This document shows, in pieces, positions 38,985 to 51,679 of a stretch of DNA of 64,000 nt. Under the pieces are notes generated by a model, which was not told the origin of the DNA, ran no database searches, and worked only from the letters and a program-made list of their open reading frames with translations. The stretch's first letter is position 1; every line of letters starts with the position of its first letter. Source of the DNA: Dicyema japonicum (lineage: Eukaryota; Animalia; Dicyemida). Where the stretch lies: positions 67,228 to 131,227 of the forward strand of contig RDEW01000008.1 in assembly GCA_011109175.1 (NCBI GenBank), in the 5' to 3' direction. The position numbers were made by a program, and so were the translations under genes.

Positions 38985-39569
38985 CTAACTTTTTTTGTCA
39001 AGAATCATGTGTTAGAATTCACGCTAATAATTTTAAATGAAATATGTCATAGTTTTAATATAATTTAAATAATATACTGCTTTGAGCACCGATCTCTGCT
39101 CCTTCTAGTCAAAATACAGTTTGGAATTCCCTGTTTACACTGACTTCTCCCATTCTGAGATAAGCGGAAATTATGATGCATAGGTTTATCGTTGTGTCCA
39201 TGAGGTTGAAAATTGTAAACTGAATTTTTGGACAAACAGGATACAAATGTCTCTGTTTAGTTGTATTTCCTAGGAAACGTGCAGACATCTGAATTACATT
39301 ATATGTCATTGGACTGAGAAGGAATTCTATTAATGTCGTTGTACCTCAGTATAGAATAGAAACGTTGATTATCATTATAAATTCTCATGTTGATAGATTT
39401 TCTTTTAACAAAGAGCTTTACTTTTTGATTATTAAAGAATCTAGGATCTGTTATTTTTTCAATTCAGCTCGATTATGTTCTCACCTACCAGAAAATTGAA
39501 CCCTTGCAGGAACCATAATACTTATAAGCTACTCATGTTCAGGAAAACCGGATTACGCAGTGTAATAAG

Positions 39570-39830
39570 CGCCGGACCAAATCCCGATGGTCATGGGCTC
39601 GAATCTCGCTGCTCTCCATTTCGGTCATCTACGATGTTTCTGTAATTTACGAGCGCGCCGTCACCGGTGATTTATCATTGGGGGACCTGATGTCTCAGGG
39701 ACTCAGTGGGAGCAAAAAAGAAAAGAACCAGAAGTTAAGAACATCTTCACGTCTCTGATTAATGTCTTGATTAACTGTTCTTCACTTTTTAAATAAGTGT
39801 GAATTCTGCCTAAGCTGAGATGAGTAATGG
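39570..39830 (+). mobile_element. Diverged SINE subfamily copy
   Basis: GGGCTCGAATCTCGCTGCT, CATCTACGATG, CGCCGTCACC, an A-rich linker and TTAACTGTTCTT in the same order as in the main SINE. Confidence 0.65.
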
Positions 39831-39999
39831 AAACATTACTACTTCTGACGGAAAGACTAAATTATATATGCGCAGGAAACTTTAAAGTAAAAAAGAACAG
39901 TTATGCTAGCCAATCGTTGAAAGGCGGTAAAAGCATGTTGTTAAATTATAGTAGACAATCAGGTTTTCCTATGAGCTATCACTAATAAAGGCATCACTT

Positions 40000-40866
40000 G
40001 TCAAACCAAATTTTTTGATATTTATTTAAAAAATTCAAACAATAAAATAGCGTAAATTCGTATGTAGAATTTTATTAACCTTGAATTGGTAGAATCTCTC
40101 ATCCTCAGAATTCATATACACATTATCCTCAAAATTCGTTTGCAATTTAATTGAGGAATCGCCTAACAGCATGATTGTTTCCATGATAAAATTTGACATT
40201 CAAAGACAAATTCTACTTTTATTGCCATCGAACGCCAGAATTATTAAGAGTTGGGTAAATCATGCCGTCAGAATATCGATTATTTCTTTTATGACCCAGT
40301 GGCTCCTTGGAGGTGTCTATCCCTGGCAGCAATGACAATATTATCTGAATAGAAGAGTATAATACAATTTTTTATTTTTATGTTGTAGTATACCGCGCAT
40401 AAATAGATTGAACAATCCCGACAAGAAAGGAGAAGCTTGAGGTACTCCACCGGAAAGTGATCGAGTCTAAAATTATATTTGCTTGCATTTCAATTATTCT
40501 AGTATTCCGTTCAGGAAAATTTCCAACAAAAGTTTAATATTCTTGAATATTCGTACTCAAAATATGTTTTGAAAGAATTTTTGGCCTCTTTACGTTGATT
40601 GAGAACAGGAACGATCGTTTATGTGTTCTAATTGCATCGGATCCTTTCGTAATAAATTGAATGAGAGATCCGAGATAAATGTAGTGGAATGTTTGGTCCA
40701 AATCCGTGTTATATACATTATAGCTTATATTCTGTTGGTTTCGTAAAAACTTGGTTTGTCTTTGTTTCTTGAATAGACGCATAATATGGAGATTGGCTAG
40801 TTGGTTGCTAACTAGTGGCTTAAAAATAGTGCTTGTGAATAAACAAAAGGCACGTTGAACTAGCAC
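40000..40866 (-). CDS. Putative uncharacterised gene divergent from RBM48
   Basis: 110-aa ORF plus downstream open stretches (METIMLLGDSSIKLQTNFEDNVY); no family recognised. Confidence 0.25.
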
Positions 40867-40964
40867 TACTTCCGACGACCTATAATGTCGATATTATGGT
40901 GGTTAATGAAACGAAACTCAACAAGGATAACAGCCAGATACTGAAGGAATATCAAACTGTAGAT

Positions 40965-40985
40965 CAGTGGTTCTCAACTTTTTTT
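40965..40985 (+). mobile_element. hAT Buster/Charlie-type left terminus
   Basis: CAGTGGTTCTCAAC preceded by CTGTAGAT (central TA). Confidence 0.55.
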
Positions 40986-41244
40986 CCCGCAGCCATCCAG
41001 TGTCCTGAGAAGAAACCTCTCGGACGTTCCCTGAATGTGGAAAATTCAATATGTCCGAAAAATTCTTCCATGACAGCATTGCAGGGTGTTTCTACACCCA
41101 TCAATAGAATATGTCCAAAAAGGCGCCCACTACACTACCAGATAAGTTCCGACAAACCGTTGTTTTTTAATTAGTAAATGCATTAAAAGTGAGAAAAATT
41201 ATAAATAATTGAATTTAATTATAAACAATAAATAATAAATATAA

Positions 41245-41757
41245 ATGCGTTGTAACAATTACATAGTGCCTACTGAAAGACTAAAGCATCACAATAAATC
41301 AAGAAAATGCAGAAATCGTCCAAAATACAGATCAGGTAAGAAGGAGACATCTATCAAAGTATATTTTAAATAGATTAGTCAAGGCATACACAATACTTCA
41401 GGAATCTCGTTTTATACTTGTTCAAGGTGTCCCTTCAGTCTCTTCAGATGATGACTTTTTTGCAATTTTTGACAACCTAAGAGACAAAATAGAAGTATTT
41501 AGCAAACTTGATGACTTTCCCTACTCAGAAAAATTCACATATACTTACTGGATTGCATTTTCTAATATAAATTATGCCAGGTAACGAAAATAAGGAAATA
41601 AGGGCAATTTAAGAAGAATTTTGACTGTTTTGAGTTCTTTGGGGGATTACTACACATAACATATTCTTTTGAGTCTGAGAAAGTAGGAGACGTGAGGTCA
41701 AAGATTAGGCAGAGAAGACAGGATGTTGTCAAAAGATTAGAATTTTTGTGTCTCTGA
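41245..41757 (+). CDS. RBM48: RNA-binding motif protein 48 (minor spliceosome factor)
   Basis: Spliced product HH...CRNRPKYRSG...IKAYTILQES..ILVQGVP...YWIAF....A.....D..EFFGGLLHITY..E follows the RBM48 pattern along its length. Introns at 41359-41383 and 41581-41602/3; a 1-nt deletion near 41411. Not annotated in the ORF track. The stop may instead be at 41783 via a further 26-nt intron. Confidence 0.88.
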
Positions 41758-42199
41758 ATTGTTATTATTTTAGACAAAAATGATGAAACTTTAAAAAAAG
41801 AAATAGTTTGTGAAAAACCATTAATTGGTCCGTGTTTTCAGCCTACGGACTCTTCTCTGTTGGATAATATTAAAAATAAAATAAAAATGGTAACTTTTGC
41901 ATTAAATGTGTTTAGATAGGTAAACAAAATGATAATATGATTTGTATAATATGTTTTGAAAGTTAAAATTACTTATTTTTTATTAAGAGTTTATTGAACA
42001 ATAACTTTAACTATCGGATCCTTAAAACATGCTCTATTACAAACATATAAAAAATAGCAAAAGATAAGGTGCTATTTTTTGGTGTTTAATATCACTGTTT
42101 TGATTTACAATTAAGAAAAATATGAAAACAATTTATTAGGGAACAAGAAAATCAAAATAATCCAACTGATAAAAATGAATGGCTGTTTTCCCTTACAAC

Positions 42200-42470
42200 T
42201 GCCAGAGATCCTTTGGAACAACCATTCTGTTTCCCGGCGCTCAATGCGAAATCGTTCTTTTTTCTATTTTTTCTGTTGCCAACCCATGTGGTTTGAGTTT
42301 GGCAGTTGTTGAAAGGCCATGTTGCACAGAAACAAATCCAAACTTCGCAGTAGTCTTCCAGATAAGTTACCCATTTCGTTGTTTTCAACGCAGTTTTCAT
42401 CAATATGTCTAATTCCCGCTTTGGAATTCAAGTCTCCAGCAAAAAAACAGCGATTCAGTGAGTATCTCTA
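42200..42470 (-). mobile_element. APE-endonuclease fragment of a LINE
   Basis: FFAGDLNSKAG...N..G..L...LFLCN motif. Confidence 0.6.
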
Positions 42471-42714
42471 AATACATTTAGTATTCAGTTAATACAGATT
42501 AGCTATTAGACGACAGAGCTGTCTGCTTCAGAAAAATGAGGTCCTTTAGATGTCCACCGGGGAGACTATAATGTCCTCCACTTCAGTTCGGAGCGAAAAA
42601 GAGAATTCTATCTCTATTTGAAGGACTTTACGGCGAAGATCAATACTCATCAACCAGATCCAACCCCGACGAGTCCTTCTGGTACAACACAATTGTTGAA
42701 AGGGATCTTCCTAT

Positions 42715-42850
42715 TTTCTCCCTGATCAAATTCACTGATGAAGATTACCATTATGAAACTCTTCCCCCTAAGAATAAAGTGATGTAGGATGCAAATGGAA
42801 GAGGGCTGACCTACTTCTCTTCCTCTCTTTGTAAGTCTCTCATCTACCAA
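42715..42850 (+). repeat. Dispersed repeat family D (inverted relative at 47450-47620)
   Basis: Shared CTCCCTGA.CAA.TTCACT, GAAGATT.CCATTATGAAA.CTCTTCCC and GAATAAAGTGATG blocks, partly in a different order. Confidence 0.5.
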
Positions 42851-42869
42851 CATCCAATGTGATGTCCTC

Positions 42870-44838
42870 ATAATAATCGCAATGAAAGTTAAGCACAATG
42901 TTGGATTACAGGATTTGAACGGAAGGATGCCTGATGAATATGGAATGATATGCAGTTGGTTATCAGGAACGCTGTAATAAAACATTTTAAATACGAACGC
43001 CGGCCAATGCTCTGAGTGGCTCTCTGTCAACACCCTAAACATTGCTGAGCTCGTAAAGCTGCTAAAGTCTCTGGGAATATAGACGAGATAAGAAAACTTA
43101 ACTCTGAATTCAAAAAGGCAGCCAGGAAGGATAAAGAAGACTACTGGAGGTTACACTGCAAAAAAATGGAAGATGACTATAAGAGAGGTCACACCAGGAA
43201 TGCGTATTTACAACTAAAAAGATTACGAACCTCACTTTACGAAAATGATGGGCAAAATCAAGGACAAGGATGGTGTTGAATTTCTAGGTCAACAGAACAT
43301 CCGAAATCGTTGGAGAGAATATACGGAACGGCTATATTCAGAAATTGTGCCCACCCATATGTGTTGATGAAGCAAAGTTGGGTGAGGGGCATAAAATCCT
43401 TGAGGAGGAATGCGTGTAGGCTACACGGCACGAAGATCGACAACATCTCAAGCGAATTGTTGAAGGCTATACCAGTGACAGCTATCACCAGTCTATGTCA
43501 AAAAATTTGGGAAACTGGTATTTGGCCACGCGAGTGGAAAATATTTATATTTATTTTAACACCGAAAAAAGGCGATAACAAACTGTTCAAACTATCGTAC
43601 AATAGCCTCAATTCCCCACGTCAGCAAAATACTTCTAAAGATAATACAACATCGTCTAATGCCAAATGCCGAAATGAATCTACCGGATGTCCAAGCAGGT
43701 TTCAGGAAGGGACAAGGCACAAGTGACCATATAGCAAATGTCCGGTGGATTATGGAGAAAGCCCATGAATCTCAAAAGAATGTATACATGTGCTTCATTG
43801 ACTATCGGAAAGCTTTTGATTTCGTTATACATGACAAGCTTTAAAAGAATTTGGATTCGATGCCCATCTGATATTACTTATCAAATCTCTTTATAAGGAT
43901 AAAGAAGCTACTGTTAGAACAGTGTATGGAGATACCGATTGGTTCAAAATTGGTACAAGAGTAAGACAAGGATGTTTATTATCTCCCATCCTATTCAATA
44001 TTTATGCCGAAATGATCATGACTGATTTAGATACTATCTCAAATAACGGGATGAAAATTGGAGGCAGGAAATCAATAATTAGCGCTATGCTGCGACATAC
44101 AACCTTACTGGCTTAAACAGAGGATGGCCTCAGGGAGTTGATTATAAGATTCGAGAAGAGAGCGCCGTCTTTTGTTTGTTGCTAAATGTCAAGAAGACCA
44201 AAATTATGATGACTGCTAATAATGGAACTAAAAATTGGGAATGAGAAAATAGAGAGTTGTCGATGTTGTCTGTTGTCTTTCTGGGATATTTAATTAATCG
44301 GAATGGTGACGGAGGCTTGGAAATCAAGAGGCGAATTGCCATGCGCCTTCCTGAGAATGAATAGAATTTGGAAAAGCAAAGATATTTGATTAAGGACCAA
44401 ATGCAGACTGGTTGCAATCGTGTTCCCGGTTTTTTATACGGCGCAGAATCATGGACATTGAAAAAGGCGATAGGCGAAGAATTAATGCTTTTAAGCTGTG
44501 GTGCTGGAGGAGGTTACTAAGAATCCCTTGGACCTCCAAAGTAACAACCATCAATGTACTCAAACGGGCGGAAACGGACATTTTGCTAGAAAGAATCGTA
44601 AAACACAGATTGGCGTTCTTTGGGCATGTTGTCTGCTCTGATTCCCTGGAAAGAACCATTATGCTGAGCAATATAACTGGGAAGAGAAGACCTGGTCGAC
44701 CGAGGACACGGTGGCTATCCACGATAGAAGACGTCACGGGAATGCCTATATCAAGGCTACTCCAAATTGCGACGGATCGGGAGAGTGGAGAAGAGATCTC
44801 CAAGGGTCGGAACGACTTAATTTGGATAACATAACATA
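42870..44838 (+). mobile_element. RTE (BovB-like) LINE, 5'-truncated and frameshifted
   Basis: KAARKDKE.YW, QAGFRKGQGT.DHIANVRWIMEK, FIDYRKAFD, VRQGCLLSPILFNIY, FKLWCWRRLLRIPWT; ACATA tail. Confidence 0.92.
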
Positions 44839-45227
44839 ATAAACCAAAAATCACAAAAAATTAAATGGAATACGTGGCATTGATCCCATCTCTTTAAGTA
44901 TCCGTCTGATCTTTGCTCGGTGTTTGTCCCGAGATCAGACGCATACCTTGTTTGGCGTGTTATAATTATGTTAGTGTCAGCTTACAAACTTATTTCTTTA
45001 AATATCGATTAAATCAATGAGTGACTAGAAACCACATAATGAAACAGTATAATTTGTCATATAAAAGATAATTGACAGCAGCCTATTGATACCACTTAAA
45101 CTCGAATAATCATTAAGAATATGACTAATTGGTCACGATAGTGTCGATTGCCTCATAAGTACACACAAATAATCCCAAATGTATTAAAATCAAAATTATT
45201 AAAGTTATACAATATATTAATGATTAA

Positions 45228-46544
45228 TTAAAACCACGTGGGACAACATGGTCTCCAATCTGTTGGTGGAAATGAATCAGATAAACAATTAAATAGCACC
45301 ACAACTATCACAAACGCTACCAAAATCATTTCCACTAACCTTCTTTAGTTGTTATCTCCCATAGGTAGTTGGTTAAGGTCTAGCATTAAACTCCCATTAG
45401 AATGCCTATAATACAAAATAACCCAAAACCAGAAATAAACCCGCCTAAATGTCCAACGTATCCAGTCGTAGAGTTTGGATCATTATAAAATTTGTTCAGC
45501 GACATCGAGAAATCCAAGACAACTAAGGTAAATTAATAATAAACTTAAAACAAATAGAATGGCAACACGGAAATAGGCCACTCATCAAAATACACAATAT
45601 TCCATATTTCTTCGAAGAATTCATTTCCTTCCAATTCACAATAACATTCGCTAGATGTGCTCCCAATAAAGCATATCCCCCACCACTCGCACCCACAAGT
45701 GGCAGAATATCAAACAGAGATGAGCGAAATGAACCGGCCAAAAACCCCAGCCATGTAAATGACCGACAATTCTCCAGGAATGTACCATCTCTAATGGAAT
45801 GCCATACAAGAGTTGGTAAACCACATTAAATGATATATGGAGATAACTACATAACCAATATGATTACCCAGAATGAAGAAGCATAATATGAAATAAACCT
45901 CCAGCACTCCTGTCGACGATTAGCCAGCCAAATTAGTGGAGTTCTGGGTCCCACCCCTCCTGAATGCACTTTTACCTCGAAGATAGTCCCCTGTAACTGA
46001 ATGCCGTAAAAAATAAAGATCGCAATTTCCACCAGACTTATCAGTAACATAAACAAAGGTGGAGGACAACACTTGTAGTACTCTAAGTAGTTCTCAGCCT
46101 GTCCTGGAAGTCCGACTGACGAAATTGTGAGATAAACAAAGCTGTTTGAAACGATCCAACTGTCTATAGTCCACATCATCCTCAGCTTTTATTCAACTGT
46201 TATCAAAATAGAAATATACAAGGCTTTCAGTTCTTGAAAACTAATACGCCCATCCGATTCCGATCTGCTTCCATAATAAGCTGAGCAAGTTGTCTTCTGT
46301 TAAGAAATTGACGAAAATGGGAGGATTTGAGGCTGCTTTAAGAATAGACACAGAAATATCGCCTGAGTTTCTACAGTATAATATGAATGTGTACAAAAGG
46401 GTCTGAACTTTCTATAATTATTAGTTTTATTGATTTACTCGTAAATAGTCGGTCGTATCTGAGTTTGGGATAAAAGGAGATTCCTCCGAAGATGATGGGC
46501 GGTCCAAATTTAATTTTTTCGTTGAAACTATCAGCAGACTTCAT
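45228..46544 (-). CDS. Rhomboid serine protease, RHBDL1/3-like with EF-hand; many indels (poor consensus or pseudogene)
   Basis: EF-hand ADRNRDGRISFQE; YLEYYKCCPPPLFM; WRFISY; catalytic GASGG and GHLGGF. Micro-introns of 21-27 nt; at least five frame corrections needed. Confidence 0.85.
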
Positions 46545-47716
46545 TACAGACTGAAAAGTGCCGCTCGCTATTTATGTAGTTAAAAATTGAATAAACAATT
46601 TATTATTTTTAAATAAATTAATTTTAATTTAAATCAAATAATTACTTAATATAGTGTAATAATTAAATTAATCACAATACACATATATTTTATTAGTTAA
46701 ATTCAACGCGTTTATTTTTAAGCAGTGCTTTAACTAAGAGGTTAGGATCGCCTGAATGCTCCCTCTGATCACCATAATATTTATTAGTTTATCCTTACCA
46801 CAATATTCTTGTCAATAATTGATTGATTATGAGTAATATAAATTGATTTATTTATTAATTTATGTTTATGTAAATTATATGTTTTATTACCAAGAGACAA
46901 ATGTAATTCTACAATTAATTCCTCACTGTAACGAAATAAATTTGTTTTAATAAATATTTTACTTTTTTTAAAGGAAAACAATTTATTAACATAAACTAAA
47001 GTTGCTGTGACAGCTATCCATTATGGACCCGATGTGGTTTGAGCATAGTACTTCTCATAATCGCGAGCCTATTGTTCTGGAAAAGGCATCGCGTCATTCT
47101 AAGAGATAAATTACAAGTAACTAAATCTTGTCAGTTTTTTTTATAATATCCATTCTGCGCCTATGGATCGATACATGAAGATCAATGGAAATGATTTCCA
47201 CGGTTCTTTTCAATATTTATATTTCTTTTCAACTTTTTCAAGTACACTATCTCTTAGTACACTTATGGAGATATAACAGATTCACATGTCATTGCATAGG
47301 AAATAACACAACCTTACATTTATTTTTTAACATTTTTTGTTTCTCCACAATAAATAATCATAATCCAAGGAAGAACCCAAGGGGAGAAAGTCAGTCTGCT
47401 TGTATCGACCAAATCTGTCGTTCAATCCCTATTACAAACTTCAGCCTTCCTAAGAGAGGCGAAGTAAATTGCCCTCTTCTGTCTCATCACACATCCTACC
47501 GTCGCGAAGATTACTTATTTCGTAGGGAAGAGTTTTCATAATGGCAATCTTCACTTCATCACTTTATTCCTAGGCTGAAGAATTGTCCATAGTGAATTGG
47601 TCAGGGAGATAAGTAGTTTCCGTAGTATAAAAATGCTTTAAGAATTTTACGATTTTGGCTCTAATTTTTTAAAGAAAAATTAAATTATTATATTTTTAGT
47701 GGAAAAAATATGTTAA

Positions 47717-48162
47717 TGCAATCGTGTTCCCGGTTTTTCTATACGGCGCAGAATCATGGATATTGAAAAAGGCGGATAGACGAAAAATTTGATGCTTTTG
47801 AAGCTGTGGTACTGAAGGAGGTTACTAAGAATCCCTTGGACTTCCAAAATAACAAACATCGATGTACTCAAACGGGTAGAGACTGACATTTCGCTAGAAG
47901 GAAGATCGTAAAACACAGATTGGCGTTCTTTGGGCATGTTGTCCGCTCTGATTCACTGGAAAGAACCATTATGCTGAGCATATTACTGGGAAGAGAAGAC
48001 CTGGCCGACCAAGGACTCGGTAGCTATCCACGGTGGAAGACGTCACGGGAATGCCTATATCAAGGCTACTCCAAATTGCAACGGATCGGGAAGAGAGGAG
48101 GAAACTCGTTCATGAGATCTCCAAGGGTCGGACACGACTTAATTGGACAACATAACATAACA
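47717..48162 (+). mobile_element. 5'-truncated RTE insertion with 13-bp TSD
   Basis: Near-identical to 44410-44830; (ACATA)3 tail; TSD TAGTGGAAAAAATA at 47698-47710 and 48163-48175. Confidence 0.92.
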
Positions 48163-48304
48163 TAGTGGAAAAAATAAATTTTAATTAGTTTTTTTTCTAT
48201 TTAAAAATTTATTTGTTTATTATTTTTTTAAAATTTTAATGTGGAAAATACATTTAAACCATGACTAATACATTCAAAGTGGATAAACAATTAAATAGAA
48301 CTCA

Positions 48305-48480
48305 GGCTAATGACGTTCAATGTACGTGGAATATCGAAAGATTGGACAAGGAAAGTACTTTGTGACGATCTCGAGAAATACAAAATATCTATTGGCTGCC
48401 TACAAGAGACGAAAATCGAAAATAGACGCGATGAGACATGGAACAACTACCGACTGTTTCTCTTCCCAACAAGCACTACG
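48305..48480 (+). mobile_element. APE-endonuclease N-terminal fragment
   Basis: MTFNVRG......L...L....I.I.CLQETK. Confidence 0.7.
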
Positions 48481-49776
48481 GCATGGATGCAAATTTTCGC
48501 CAGATGGAATGAATGATTGGATTTTTTCGAAATTTTCGCCAGGTAAAGAATTTTGACAAACCTAAACTTCTTTATTCAAAATCAATATATTTCGATTGAT
48601 CACGAGCCCAGTGTTCTGGAAGAGTCATCGTGTCATTCAATGGTCTCCTTCCAGCATTCCTGCACCCGCTTGATCAGCCTAATAAACATTGCCATGCTAT
48701 CATTAGAGGTAACTCATATTGCATGTTCAATGCCTGCAGACCACAATGGAGCCAGTTTTAGCAGTTTAGGGACTGAGTCTCTGATAACGCGAATTTCTAT
48801 GCATCAGAGGTATACTCCACAGCCACCGCAATAATTTTCGGTAGAGTGTTGCAACAAAAGCATCCAAATTCATGAGATTTCTAAACAAGCCCACGTACAA
48901 CCTTCAACTTCTGCTATAAAAAAGTTGAGTGGTCTGACTTCAGTAATTTCGTTGATATGTAATTGGTCAAGATCTCTTCACCACAAATACATTCGATAAT
49001 GAAGCCGCAAAAATTATCAGTGTGACTATTCAAAAGGCTGACAACATATTTATTCTATTCTCATCATACACGAATTTTTATACTCTCAATTCCCAAACAC
49101 TTACCCTTATTAAAGAAGAAACCTTATGAAAGACTTATAATCTTTGAAATTATTCCTTCAGGAATAGTATCGCCAACTAGCAGAGTACCAATTACGTGAA
49201 CCGGTAAGGCATTTAAACAGGAATTTATTATTGAAATAAATTTTTTTAAATGTAACATAAAAATTGAGCAAATAGTCATATAGCGACCGCCCTGACTGTG
49301 TGCCTATTCATTCTTACAAAATTTTATGAAAAAAACGGCCCGTTACCTTTTATGGGCCTCAAATTTTTTTTGTGGATTGGAATTTTGAGTTTTTGTGGCC
49401 AACTAACCATTAGGCTAGTTGACCATTATAGATTCAACTATATAATTAAATATTGATTAAAAAAAATTATTAATGAATTTAGTTAGGTTAACGCTGATGG
49501 ACAGTTTAAATATCATGAGTTCTGCCTCGATGTCTTCATTTGGGTATTTCTTAAACCGGTAATTTACAATAAGCAGAAAATAGAAAGAAAAGTTATATTG
49601 TGGAACATTGTACTCTTAATGTATCATTACTTCATGATCTGAGTAGTCTAATGTAATCTACGAAAGTCCCATTTCTTTTTGGAATATTCATCTTTTAAAA
49701 CAAGAGATTAAACGCTTCTAAGACGTTGCGGATAAAATCGTCCTCAAACGTAAGATAGCGCTGTAAATTGCAAATA

Positions 49777-51679
49777 CAGTCGAACCCCGCCCCAATAAAA
49801 CCCCCGCCTTGAGGCACCCTCGCTTTTTGGGGCGATTTTATTTTCTAGTACATTTTCCATTAATAATTTCCAAATTTGGAAATTATTAAAACCCCAGTAT
49901 GGGGCACTTTACTAATTTATTTTAATATTTTATTACATAATATTATTTTGAATAATATTATTTTTGAACACGTGATAATTGTCTTTGTGTAATGCCTTCC
50001 AAAATTTCTATTGAAACAAAAATTAAAATTGCAAAGTGTCTACAAACTTCTTCTGAAAGAGAAGTTGCAAAAAAATTCAAGATAAGCAAAGGCACTATTT
50101 CCCGAATCAAAAAAAACATTTCTTCTTTCATTAATACCGGATCAGTCATTTCAAGATTAGTTCAAATAGATGAAGTTAAACCAGTTTCTAATGAAGTCAA
50201 TCAATTTGAAAAACTTGACGAATTAACTTTTAATGCTTTTCGTCGTTTGAGGGATGATTCCTTTTCTATTTCGGGTACTTTAATCAAAGCCATCGCGAAA
50301 AAAATATCGACAAAATTGAATTATTCAACATCTTTTAAAGCCTCAAACGGTTGGTTAGACAGATTTAAGAAGAGACATGATCTGGTTTTTAAAGCCATTT
50401 GTGGTGAAAAAAATTCAGCAGATAAAAGTAATTTGGCAAATTTTTTCTTTCAATTCGATAATTTGTTGAAAACTTATGGTCATGAAAATATTTTTAACTG
50501 TGATGAAACATCATTGTATGTTAAAAAATTTCCTTCAAGATCTTATGTCGAATCTATAGAAACATGTCATGGTACAAAATTCAGTAAAGAAAGAGTAACA
50601 GTTCTCCTTTGCTGTAATGCAGCAGGAAATAAATTAAGACCCCTTGTTATTGGAAAATACAAATCACCACGTTGTATGAAAAGTTTGCTTAATTATATTT
50701 TAACATAGATTTTGATTGTGAAAAATTCGGTATTTTATATGCAGCGTCAAAAAATTCCTGGATGAATAGAGAAATTTTCAAAATGTGGCTTTCAAAGATT
50801 AACGACGACTTTCTCTCACAAGATAGAAAAATACTTTTAATAATGCTACATGCCATTATTTATTGGAATACTCAAATTTTAAATTGTTTTTTCTTCCGAA
50901 AAACACAACATCTTTGATTCAACCTTTAGACATGGGTATAATAAAGTGTTTTAAAGTACATAAACTTCCTAATGGATTTTATGATCAATTTGGAAGAAGA
51001 TACAACAATTAATCTTAAATCTTTGAAAAATATAGATATGCGACAGATTATGGTACTTGTTAAAAAAGCGTGGATGGAAGTTAAAGAAGCAACAATAATT
51101 AATTGTTGGAAGAAAATTGAGGAAAATAGAGAAGAATCAGTTGAAGATAAAAATTGTGGGGAAGAACTCCTGGAAGAAATAGTATCTGAAGTAATATCTG
51201 AAGAAAACGAAGATCTAGTCAAGAGTTGCGAGTTTTATAATGGAGTTGACACAGAGGACAAAACAACGATATCAGAAACTTATGAAATGATGGATAAGTT
51301 AGAAAATGTAGCTCAAAATACATCTTTTGAGACATTACAAAAATATTATGAGTTTAGATTTCAACTTGGAAAAGATCTAAGAAATAAAAAAAATTTGAAA
51401 TTGACTGATTATTTCAAAAAAATGCTTTAAAAATAATGATTTGTTAATTAATAAAAATCGAATAAAAAACATAGAATAAAAATCTATCAAACTATAGAGC
51501 AAAAAATCACAACTTATTTTATAAACACTTTGGAAGAAGTGAAGAAGTTCCTTTTTCGCAAAGTAAACAAAAATTTAAGTTAAATCAACCATAAATCAAT
51601 AGTTTGAACCAAACCCCGGTTTTGGAGGGCACCCCCGCTTTTTGGGGCACTTTGATGCCCCACCCCGGGGTTTCGACTC
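49777..51679 (+). mobile_element. Near full-length pogo/Tigger DNA transposon
   Basis: TA-flanked TIRs CAGTCGAACCCCG / GAGTCGAAACCCCG (reverse strand); HTH FKASNGWLDRFKKRH; DDE_1 motifs IFNCDETSL, KERVTVLLCCNA, QPLDMGII; ends KLTDYFKK. Frame breaks between 50700 and 50970. Confidence 0.92.

Noticed and set aside
41359-41373. 15-nt alternative for RBM48 intron 1, which keeps the frame without any indel
   Set aside because: It replaces the conserved AYTILQES block with unrelated residues; the 25-nt intron plus a homopolymer correction fits homology better, though RNA-seq should decide.
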